From Promethearchaeota archaeon (lineage in GTDB: Archaea; Asgardarchaeota; Lokiarchaeia; Sigyniarchaeales; SOKP01), in contig JAHPZI010000021.1 in the NCBI GenBank assembly GCA_019058295.1, forward strand, positions 160,001 through 224,000: DNA of 64,000 nucleotides, written 5' to 3'. How positions within the stretch are numbered: position 1 is the stretch's first letter; every line of letters starts with the position of its first letter. Position numbers and translations under genes: made by a program. The notes beneath the pieces were generated by a model, which made no database searches, was not told the DNA's origin, and saw nothing but the letters and a program-made list of their open reading frames with translations. Below are positions 51,822 through 59,971 of this stretch, in pieces.

Positions 51822-52193
51822 TTATTCCTGAATCTTTATATTTTTCACATTTGCTTTTTTCCCTTCAATTATTTCGGTATTTTTACTTTCACAATGTTGA
51901 CATTGAAATAATTGAAGACCCGTCAGATATGATTCTTGACTTAAGCTTACAGTTGAAATCTCCCCACATTCTCGACATTTAATTTTTCCGGGAACAATCT
52001 CAATTATTAACTCTGCTCCTTCAGCAATTGAGCCATGTGTAGCCATTTTAAATGATTGCTTAAGTAACTCTGGCACAATTAATGTCAGCTCCCCGATTTC
52101 TAAATATACTTCGGAAATCTTTTTGGCATTATATTTAATCGCTGTAGCTTCAGCAACCTTGAATATCTGCATTGCAAAACCAAATTCATGCAT
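51822..52193 (-). CDS. hypA: Hydrogenase maturation nickel metallochaperone HypA
   Basis: MHE, IGELTLI, CREC and CQHC Zn site, IIEGK. Confidence 0.93.
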   Translation of the reverse strand: MHEFGFAMQIFKVAEATAIKYNAKKISEVYLEIGELTLIVPELLKQSFKMATHGSIAEGAELIIEIVPGKIKCRECGEISTVSLSQESYLTGLQLFQCQHCESKNTEIIEGKKANVKNIKIQE

Positions 52194-52205
52194 GAATAGT
52201 TATCT

Positions 52206-52496
52206 TTAGCCTCGCATTTTTCTTATTTCTCTTGCTACTTCTAATATTACTTTAGATTTTTTCTTTCCTTTTGTATTAATGAGAACCCTTCCAGGATTTT
52301 CCCACCACGTTTTAGGATACTTATAATTTCCTTCTATTTCGACTTGATATCCCAATCTTTTTGCTGCTGCTGCGATTTCTTTATGAGTAACTTTATCAAT
52401 TGCAAGTTTGGTAGGAAGTCGTCTTCCATCACTTCTACTTCGCTTTGCATCAAAGTACTGAGGCCAAAAAATAAGAAATGGTTTCCTTGATCTCAT
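52206..52496 (-). CDS. srp19: Signal recognition particle protein Srp19
   Basis: IFWPQYFDAKRSRSDGRR, KYPKTWW..GRV. Confidence 0.95.
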   Translation of the reverse strand: MRSRKPFLIFWPQYFDAKRSRSDGRRLPTKLAIDKVTHKEIAAAAKRLGYQVEIEGNYKYPKTWWENPGRVLINTKGKKKSKVILEVAREIRKMRG

Positions 52497-52583
52497 AAAA
52501 TATTGTGCTAAATTTTACTATTAAAATAAAAAACTCTCTAAAAAATTTAAAAATTATTAGTCTGAAAAATAAGATAAGATTGT

Positions 52584-53162
52584 TTATTTCTTTCCTTTAC
52601 TATCGTTCGAGACCGATGCAACTTTAGATGCTTCCAGAGAGAATGCAATTCGCCGTTTATAAGGGTTGAGCTTATTGATTTCCTTACTAGCTTTGAGCGC
52701 AAGAGCTTTAATGTTTTTGGTCCGGGTTTGATATGCCTCATCTGAAAGTTCTATAAAATTAAGACATCCATAGAAGCAAAAATCGACACATTTTGGAGAA
52801 CCTCCACATAAATCGCATTTGATCGCTTTCAGCTCATTGTTAAAGTCAAGGGCTCCAAATGGGCAGGCATCAACACAAGCACCGCAATCAGTACACTTTT
52901 CTTGGTCTACAGCAACAAGTGTGTCTCCTTGCTGAGTTTTAGTCTTGAAAATAGCTCCTGTCGGGCATGCAGCCAAACACATTGCATCTTCACATTGTAA
53001 GCAGACAGTTGGTCTAGACCATCCTTCCAATCCATTGGTAGCGACCCTTATGCGTGAATGGCTAGGAATAAACTCTCCTTCTTTGACACTAGAGCATGCC
53101 AATTCACACATATGGCATCCTGTGCATTTTTCCGATTGAATAGTCAATACTCTATTGCCCAT
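52584..53162 (-). CDS. 4Fe-4S dicluster electron-transfer subunit (AOR partner)
   Basis: CTGCHMCELAC, CLQC...C..ACP, CTDCGACVDACP, KCDLC...C..FC. Confidence 0.9.
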   Translation of the reverse strand: MGNRVLTIQSEKCTGCHMCELACSSVKEGEFIPSHSRIRVATNGLEGWSRPTVCLQCEDAMCLAACPTGAIFKTKTQQGDTLVAVDQEKCTDCGACVDACPFGALDFNNELKAIKCDLCGGSPKCVDFCFYGCLNFIELSDEAYQTRTKNIKALALKASKEINKLNPYKRRIAFSLEASKVASVSNDSKGKK

Positions 53163-53164
53163 AG

Positions 53165-54982
53165 TTAAATCCTCATGATTGGCTCAGTGTTGAATCCATA
53201 TTTATCAATTATTTCTTGAGTTGGTATGCCCTCGCTATCCCATCCTCGGCATAAATAGTATTCCGTTCTCATTTTCAAAAAATTATCATTTCCAATAATT
53301 TTCCCTGCCGCTGGACCATCGGGAAGACTTTCTTCTATTATACGTTTGGGCAACATATCATCTTTAAAGTTAAAACCCTCCCGAATATTGATACGTCTGA
53401 TCATTGTCTCAACAATCTCTGCGTGGTTTTTGAGGTCATTTCCAGAGTAATTAAAGCCAGTCACAACATTAAAATATTTAGCCCAATCGTTAGCAGTAAG
53501 TTGCATTCTTGTTCCGATCATGTCGCAAACTAAAAGCGAATGCATTATACACCTTTGAGTCATCAATCCTCTTACGATTTCTGCCTTTCCTTCAATGATG
53601 AAAGGATTTGCACCAGTCATAATTTCTACTGCAGGAGGCCAAGCCCTACGATGGCAAGCGCCTCTAGGTGTCACTGAATATGTAATGGTTGTTCCCCAAC
53701 CCGCACGTGGATCATAGGCCGGAAATTCCAAACCTTTGCATTGTATAGCAAATTCTTCTGTATTATGCCCTAGTAATCGAGCCATCTCTTTCACTCCCTT
53801 AGCACAAAAAGCACCGAAACCTTTTTTATGAGCAATTAATTCCAGTAATTCAACTACAGCCATATAATTGCCGAAATTTAATTCCAAGCCCCCTGTATCC
53901 TCTTTAGTCAAAATACCTCGTTCATAACATTCCATAGCAAATCCAATTACACCCCCCGCAGATATTGTGTCCATACCTAAATCATCACAGAGATAATTTG
54001 CTTTCATAATTGCCGGTAAATAATCTATTTCTAGATTAGCACCTAGCAAAGCGAGAGTTTCATACTCTGGTCCTTCAATTTTGAGATCTTTAAAAATACC
54101 TTCCTTAACTTGCGTTATACTAGCACATCCTCCGAAGCAGGCATAACATGCTCGATCCCTTACTGTGAAATCGATGACACGGTCCTTGTCGATGTTTCCA
54201 ATAGCTTTCTTGAATTGACCTCTGGAAAAATTTCGAGTAGGAAGCATGCCCGCTGTGTTAGTAAGACTTAAAGTCATTGGAGTGATAATTTTAAATTTAC
54301 ATCTCTTTTGATGTTTAAATATGAGTTTATAGAGTCCTTCCATATCAGCACAATTAATACCTCCAGTCCCTTTAACGGCAATGTATTTAAGGTTCTTAGA
54401 CCCCATTACCGCACCAGCACCACCACGGCCAGCTTTTCGAAAAAAGTCACTCCCAACACAAGCAAATGGGATAAGATTCTCTCCAGCAGGACCAATTGAA
54501 AGACATCCACATTCCGGATGGAAGTTTTTCCTAACGTAAGTTTCTGTTTCAAAAGAACCTTTCCCCCATAGATGAGTAGCATCTAGGAACTCCACTTTAT
54601 CATCTTTAATAACCAGTGAACTTGGAGATTTAGCTTTACCAGTAATTATTAGTCCGTCATATCCAGCAAATTTAATCTCTGGAGTCATTCTGCCGCTGGA
54701 ATAAGATTCCAGCCAACCTCCACTTGCAGGAGATTTGGTAATAATTAGATGTTTGCCAGAACCTGGTGCCATTGTACCTCCCAATGGACCAGTAAGGACC
54801 ATAAAGACATTTTCAGGATCTAATGGATCAGTTTCTGACGGAATAAGATCCCAATAGAGTTTTGCCCCTAAGCCACGACCTCCGATATACTTTGTTAATA
54901 TTTCCTCAGGAATAGGAACAGTTTTATGCGTTTGTTGGCTAAGATCAATATGTAAGAGTTTTCCTTTATAACCTTGAAGCAT
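53165..54982 (-). CDS. Aldehyde:ferredoxin oxidoreductase family (W/Mo-pterin)
   Basis: GGRGLGA, IGPAGEN, GRGGAGAVMGSKNLK, LPTRNF, GPEYET, DDLGMDTIS, YDPR, RGACH, RGWD..GIP. Confidence 0.95.
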   Translation of the reverse strand: MLQGYKGKLLHIDLSQQTHKTVPIPEEILTKYIGGRGLGAKLYWDLIPSETDPLDPENVFMVLTGPLGGTMAPGSGKHLIITKSPASGGWLESYSSGRMTPEIKFAGYDGLIITGKAKSPSSLVIKDDKVEFLDATHLWGKGSFETETYVRKNFHPECGCLSIGPAGENLIPFACVGSDFFRKAGRGGAGAVMGSKNLKYIAVKGTGGINCADMEGLYKLIFKHQKRCKFKIITPMTLSLTNTAGMLPTRNFSRGQFKKAIGNIDKDRVIDFTVRDRACYACFGGCASITQVKEGIFKDLKIEGPEYETLALLGANLEIDYLPAIMKANYLCDDLGMDTISAGGVIGFAMECYERGILTKEDTGGLELNFGNYMAVVELLELIAHKKGFGAFCAKGVKEMARLLGHNTEEFAIQCKGLEFPAYDPRAGWGTTITYSVTPRGACHRRAWPPAVEIMTGANPFIIEGKAEIVRGLMTQRCIMHSLLVCDMIGTRMQLTANDWAKYFNVVTGFNYSGNDLKNHAEIVETMIRRINIREGFNFKDDMLPKRIIEESLPDGPAAGKIIGNDNFLKMRTEYYLCRGWDSEGIPTQEIIDKYGFNTEPIMRI

Positions 54983-55043
54983 TTATTTCATCTTTTTTTT
55001 AATATTAGATGTTATATTATCGAAAAATTTAATTTTTCTTTGA

Positions 55044-55862
55044 TTATCTAATCTTTTCTGTGAATTTAGGGGAAAATCTCTGGTTAATAAACTCTACTAT
55101 TAGATTAAAACGATAGCTATTAATTTTTGGTTTAAATAATCTCTTTGAAATTTCTTTTATTAAGTCTTTTTTCGAAATATCATCTATGTCTTCAAGGATG
55201 TCTAAAGCACATTCCGCTTCTTTAGTAAAATCTGAAACTATTTGTTGGAACACAAATGTTTGTTCTTGTTCATCAATGATTTCTAATGCTTTATTTACAA
55301 TATTTTCTTCGAATTTTAATTTCTGTTCCCACGGAATCTGTAAAATCTGTTTATTTACATCTAATAATAATCCATCCTTTGTAGTAATCTCAATGCTATC
55401 ATAATCGGTTTCTTTATATATATGTATTGTTCTCCCACCCGTATATCTCTCTGGTAATATGGAATTGGCAATTTTATTTAAGAAATTAGAACTATATTTA
55501 AAATCTTCGCCTATTACAATAAAGATAGGATAATTAAATATTTTTGCGTGTATTAAACTATAGAATTCATATGTACCAAATATGTTCATCATTTTTTTTA
55601 GAGTTAATTCTTCCATAATTTGTCTCTCATCCTTTTTCTTGGGCATCGTCATACTAATGTCAATTTTCTCGTAGCCTCGAACTTTGCCCTCGGAGTCAAA
55701 AAAAATTATGAATTGATGATCAGGACACACTACTCCTTTAGGTATTTGAATTTTAATGGTCCCAATTTTCTTTTGAGAAAATACAATACTTGGAATATCA
55801 AGATTATTAGATTTTTTACAAATAGGACAAGTAACATTTACTTTTTTGTATCGTTCACTCAT
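55044..55862 (-). CDS. Zn-finger hypothetical protein (CPxC...CxxH.F...D...RGY family)
   Basis: CPIC...VCPDHQFIIFFDSEGKVRGYEKID; paralogue of 8161..8700 with a different C-terminal domain. Confidence 0.75.
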   Translation of the reverse strand: MSERYKKVNVTCPICKKSNNLDIPSIVFSQKKIGTIKIQIPKGVVCPDHQFIIFFDSEGKVRGYEKIDISMTMPKKKDERQIMEELTLKKMMNIFGTYEFYSLIHAKIFNYPIFIVIGEDFKYSSNFLNKIANSILPERYTGGRTIHIYKETDYDSIEITTKDGLLLDVNKQILQIPWEQKLKFEENIVNKALEIIDEQEQTFVFQQIVSDFTKEAECALDILEDIDDISKKDLIKEISKRLFKPKINSYRFNLIVEFINQRFSPKFTEKIR

Positions 55863-55945
55863 ACAATAATTAATCTATTCACACTAATTTAAATTTTAGT
55901 GTTTAAGCCTTTAAAAATTTTAAAAATTATTGGTTTAAAAAAATT

Positions 55946-56042
55946 GAGATGGTTAAAAATAAATTTTTACGAAGATTTTTAATAATGTCCTACATAACTT
56001 TCAAATCCATCGTCTTTAAGGGAGGGTGGTCTAGATTGATAT
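55946..56042 (+). repeat. Degenerate copy of tRNA-Pro upstream region and 5' end
   Basis: Aligns to 56687-56783 (GAGAT.GTTAAAAATAAATTT...CCTACAT...GGGAGGGTGGTCTAG.TTG.TAT) with the same 74-nt spacing; 15-nt exact match at 56020-56034. Confidence 0.85.
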
Positions 56043-56117
56043 ATAAGAATTTAAATATTATTCATGAGAAAAATAAATTAAGCTAGTTATTTTTGTTTAT
56101 TAAAAAGAAAACGCAAG

Positions 56118-56687
56118 GTGATGAAAATTAACGATAAAATAAAGATATTAATTGATAAATTTAGAAATGATTTCGAATTTTCTTCGCAAATTACTTCTAT
56201 CTTGGAAGATATTTCAGACAATGTTAACGTTATAGAAGACGAAAATTTATTAATCCAAACAATAAAGAATATGATAGATCAGACTAATTATTCTCTTATT
56301 TTATATACACCTGTTGCTAATCAAGAGATCTTAACTCTTACAGCAGAGACTGCTTTCCAAAGAAAAAAAGTGAGATTTTTACTCGTATGCAATTGGGATT
56401 TACAAGTATATGGCAAAATCATTAAAAAAATGCGAATGTTAGGAAATATTCAATTTCGAAATATAGAGGGGTTATTTAATTATTATTTATGTTCTCGAGA
56501 TGCTAGTGAATGGTTGTTTGGTAAAAATGAAGATGAATTAATATCAATTCATAGTGAAGATAAAAATAAATGTAAGGTCTTTAATGAAATATTAACTCAT
56601 TTTGTTGGATTAACAAATCCGATAGGAGCTAGAGAAACGAGGAAGAAAGCTAAAAAGGAAAAAAAGAAGAAAAAAATGTCTAAATAG
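56118..56687 (+). CDS. Hypothetical protein (possible TrmB/PLD-like alpha-beta domain, basic tail)
   Basis: IKNMI....SLILYTP...RFLLV..W...GNIQFR...SRD pattern; K-rich C-terminus; lies between the duplicated tRNA segments. Confidence 0.6.
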   Translation: MMKINDKIKILIDKFRNDFEFSSQITSILEDISDNVNVIEDENLLIQTIKNMIDQTNYSLILYTPVANQEILTLTAETAFQRKKVRFLLVCNWDLQVYGKIIKKMRMLGNIQFRNIEGLFNYYLCSRDASEWLFGKNEDELISIHSEDKNKCKVFNEILTHFVGLTNPIGARETRKKAKKEKKKKKMSK

Positions 56688-56704
56688 AGATAGTTAAAAA
56701 TAAA

Positions 56705-56712
56705 TTTAAATA
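56705..56712 (+). promoter_or_regulatory. Putative TATA box of tRNA-Pro
   Basis: TTTAAATA preceded by an A-rich BRE-like tract, about 50 nt upstream of the mature 5' end. Confidence 0.45.
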
Positions 56713-56760
56713 TGAATTCAAAATATTGCCTACATGCTTTTTAAAATCCTCTCTTCACAT

Positions 56761-56864
56761 GGGAGGGTGGTCTAGCTTGGTATGATACTCGGCTGGGGCA
56801 AATTATTGCTTTTGCATAATTTACAGATGCCGAGTGGTCGGGGGTTCAAATCCCCCCTCTCCCA
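56761..56864 (+). tRNA. tRNA-Pro(GGG) with 30-nt intron at position 37/38 (56799-56828)
   Basis: Acceptor GGGAGGG/CTCTCCC-A, anticodon stem CTCGG/CCGAG, loop CT-GGG-G, T arm GGGGG-TTCAAAT-CCCCC; intron folds into an AAATTA..TAATTT hairpin; CCA not encoded. Confidence 0.93.
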
Positions 56865-57016
56865 TATTTTATACTGTACATCATGGAGATATTTATGAAT
56901 ATTTGCGAAATTGTAAAATTAGTTATGTTATAAAATATAGAACAAAAATTTATTAGATCATTAAAAAATACTTAAGTAGATAAATTCTTTAAAAAGGTTT
57001 GCTAAGAGGGATTTTC

Positions 57017-57826
57017 ATGGATTTAGATCTTCATACTAAAGTGAAATTAAATAGTGGAATAGAAATGCCAATTCTTGGATTAGGGACATGGGCACTCACG
57101 GGAAAGTCCGCATATCAAGCAGTTATATGGGCATTAGAGGTGGGATATCGGTTGATTGATACTGCTACGCTTTATGGAAATGAACGAGAGATTGGAAAAG
57201 CTTTAAAAGACACAGATATCCCCCGAGATGAAATATTTATTACAACTAAGGTTTGGCAAACAGATTTGGGGTATGAAAAAACTCTTTCAGCACTAGAAAC
57301 GAGTCTTAGAAAATTAGGTCTTTCTTACGTTGATTTATATCTAATTCATTGGCCAGCATCGGAATTGATACACGAATCCTGGGAAGCATTGCAAAAATCG
57401 TTAAAAGATGAAAAAACTCGTTCTATAGGAGTGAGTAACTACGAAATACAACATCTAGCTGAACTTTTTGACAGATCTGATGTAATACCAAGTGTAAATC
57501 AAGTGGAATTCTCACCATTTCTTTTCAAAAAAGAGCTATTAAAGTATTGTCAATCTAATGATATATCTCTTGAAGCATATTGTCCATTAACCCGAGGAAG
57601 AAAGCTAGATCATCCAAAATTGATAAAAGTTGCAAAAAAATACAATAAAACAACTGCTCAAATTCTTATTCGTTGGGGGTTACAGCATAGAGTCATTGAA
57701 ATACCCAAATCTGAAAATCAAAATCACATTATTGAAAACGCAGATGTGTTTGATTTTAAAATAGACAAAATAGATATGAAAACTCTCGATAATTTGAATG
57801 AAGATTATTCAGTTGTATATCTATAA
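57017..57826 (+). CDS. Aldo/keto reductase
   Basis: MPILGLGTW, IDTATLYGNE, ITTKVW, DLYLIHWP, IGVSNY, NQVEFSP, IPKS. Confidence 0.96.
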   Translation: MDLDLHTKVKLNSGIEMPILGLGTWALTGKSAYQAVIWALEVGYRLIDTATLYGNEREIGKALKDTDIPRDEIFITTKVWQTDLGYEKTLSALETSLRKLGLSYVDLYLIHWPASELIHESWEALQKSLKDEKTRSIGVSNYEIQHLAELFDRSDVIPSVNQVEFSPFLFKKELLKYCQSNDISLEAYCPLTRGRKLDHPKLIKVAKKYNKTTAQILIRWGLQHRVIEIPKSENQNHIIENADVFDFKIDKIDMKTLDNLNEDYSVVYL

Positions 57827-57856
57827 AAAATTCTATCTTTTTAATATCAAGGATAT

Positions 57857-58717
57857 TTAATATCCTAAAGCAGACGCTATTATTAATGCTCCATATATTT
57901 CTGTTGGTTTTCCTACTCTGGATGTATCTATTATTACTTTATCTAAACCCATATAAATTGCCCCGTAAGCCTTACCACCCCCCAAATGAACTAAGGTGCG
58001 ATATATTAGATTTCCAGAGATTCCCTCCGGAGCTATAATAACATTTGATTTATTATAAATAGCATTTTCAATTAGAATTTCATCGTGGTTTATTTCTAAA
58101 TTTGGATGTTGTTTTTTAAGCAGATCAACTACTTCCTTAGCATTATTAATTGATTTATCTACTCGGGAATCACGTCCAAGATCTCCTAACCTACCACCAC
58201 TTAAGATGCTAATTTTAGGAATAATATTTAAAGCTTCTAATTCTTCAATAGCTTTATTGACAAATAATACTTTACTTTCAATATTCTTACATTCATCTAT
58301 TCCAACTGGACCATAAAAGAACTGAAATCCATCATGTGTTTCCATTAATGCTAATCGAAATATCTCAGAAATATTAAATTTCTTTTTTAAATTAGCTAAA
58401 AATTTACTTGAGCTCATATTACCTCTCACGATTGCATGAATCTGGTTTTTATTTAAAGAATTAAAAATAGTCTCTTCTGGTTCATTAGATTTAATAAATT
58501 CGATTTTTTTATTATGGATCTCATAAACACTGCTACGTTTAATATCCTGAATTGCCTTTTCATTGCCAAAAAGAACTATTATGGATTGATACTTTTTTAA
58601 AAACTGTAAAGAAGCCTCATAAATCTTTTTATTATGATTTTCTAAATCTCCTAAACAAATTCCAATAGCAACTTCATGATTTTTTGCTATTGATTTAATT
58701 ATCTCTAGAATTTGCAT
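57857..58717 (-). CDS. MtxX-family putative methyltransferase (methanogenesis marker 4-like)
   Basis: VRG..S, PVGIDE, LSGGR..DLGR, ILIENA, IIAPEGISGNLIYRTL..LG.G...GA, IDTSR. Confidence 0.8.
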   Translation of the reverse strand: MQILEIIKSIAKNHEVAIGICLGDLENHNKKIYEASLQFLKKYQSIIVLFGNEKAIQDIKRSSVYEIHNKKIEFIKSNEPEETIFNSLNKNQIHAIVRGNMSSSKFLANLKKKFNISEIFRLALMETHDGFQFFYGPVGIDECKNIESKVLFVNKAIEELEALNIIPKISILSGGRLGDLGRDSRVDKSINNAKEVVDLLKKQHPNLEINHDEILIENAIYNKSNVIIAPEGISGNLIYRTLVHLGGGKAYGAIYMGLDKVIIDTSRVGKPTEIYGALIIASALGY

Positions 58718-58752
58718 AAAAAATCAAAAAATTATTTATAGGCTAAATATAA

Positions 58753-59874
58753 TTAATAAAAAATCATATATAAAAAAGCAATAATGAGAGTTAAACTATT
58801 ATAAACCCCATGAGTTACGGATACTGCAATTAGATTTTCTTCACGCCACCGATACATCCCTCCAATCATAAGACTTATGGCGAGATATGGGGGAAATAAT
58901 AAAAGAAATGATATAAATAAATCTCCGAGGTTCTCTGAGATAAGAAAGATGCTAATCAGGTGTATTCCCGCAAAAATTAATGCGGTAATAATATATCCCC
59001 AGTTTTTACTTAGAACTCTTGAAAGCCCTCGTTGCATAAAACCTCTGAATGCAATTTCTTCACATGGACCTACGACTAAGATCATCATCAAAATCATAAG
59101 AATTAAAACAATTAAGTCATATATTGTAATAGTTCCATATGATTCGGCCTCAGGAGTTACTCGTACTCCAAATAATTCTAATATAATTTGAATAAGTAAA
59201 CTAACCCCTACAACTACAACCACTCCAACAAAAGCAAATCCTATACCGATTCCTACTTCTTTTGCAATTTCTTTTCCATCATAACCTCTTGTAGTGAAGC
59301 CCAACACAGTTAAACGATTTTTAAAAGTAGGATTCTGTATATATCTACCTGCCCACCAAATAGGGAATAAGATTAGGATTAATTCTACTAGAGTTATGAT
59401 AACTAGAAAAAAGGGATTGAGAACGATATTGATTACGGTATTGACATCATTAACGATTAATACCATTAAAATAATAATTCCAAAGAGAATTCCCTGCATC
59501 GCAATAAAACCGAGTATAGGTATTGATATAGACGCCCACCCGGTCCATAATCTTCTCTCCTTGGTATCAAGAAGTTTATCATCTGCGACGAGTCCATATG
59601 GGGCATCATAATGAACCAGAGAGTTATCCTTGGTGTCAAGAATTGCCTGGTTAGACATAACTTTATCTGGTTTGTAATAAGCAGTGGGAGAAGGGTAAAC
59701 TTTAGGCTGTACATATGGATTTGCTTCTTGACGTGAAGGTAATGTCTTATGCTGTTTTATATAATATAAGTCTACACCACATTTAATACAATATCTTAAT
59801 CTTTCGATACTTGGAAGCTCATAGCCGCAGCTTGGACAATACTTCCATTCAATTTTTTGATCGTTATCTGTCAT
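58753..59874 (-). CDS. CPBP (Abi/Rce1-like) intramembrane glutamic endopeptidase with N-terminal Zn ribbon
   Basis: YCPSCG...YCIKCG; GPCEEIAFRG, IFAGIH, THGVYN. Confidence 0.88.
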   Translation of the reverse strand: MTDNDQKIEWKYCPSCGYELPSIERLRYCIKCGVDLYYIKQHKTLPSRQEANPYVQPKVYPSPTAYYKPDKVMSNQAILDTKDNSLVHYDAPYGLVADDKLLDTKERRLWTGWASISIPILGFIAMQGILFGIIILMVLIVNDVNTVINIVLNPFFLVIITLVELILILFPIWWAGRYIQNPTFKNRLTVLGFTTRGYDGKEIAKEVGIGIGFAFVGVVVVVGVSLLIQIILELFGVRVTPEAESYGTITIYDLIVLILMILMMILVVGPCEEIAFRGFMQRGLSRVLSKNWGYIITALIFAGIHLISIFLISENLGDLFISFLLLFPPYLAISLMIGGMYRWREENLIAVSVTHGVYNSLTLIIAFLYMIFY

Positions 59875-59971
59875 TATTAAATTAAAAGAATAAATTAAAA
59901 TTCAAATATATTTACTTTTCAAATTATAAAATAATTCAATATTTAATGTTTAAAAAATAAAGTGTAGACCG

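Noticed and set aside
56020-56042. Split or trans-spliced tRNA half
   Set aside because: The fragment stops in the D arm, has mismatches and lacks a complementary leader; an intact gene lies 741 bp downstream.
12333-59874. A eukaryote-like protein prenylation pathway (prenyltransferase-beta-like proteins, Rab-like GTPase, Rce1-like protease)
   Set aside because: The GTPase has no C-terminal Cys, the repeat proteins lack evident Zn-ligand motifs, one barrel is predicted extracellular, no alpha subunit is evident and the genes are scattered.
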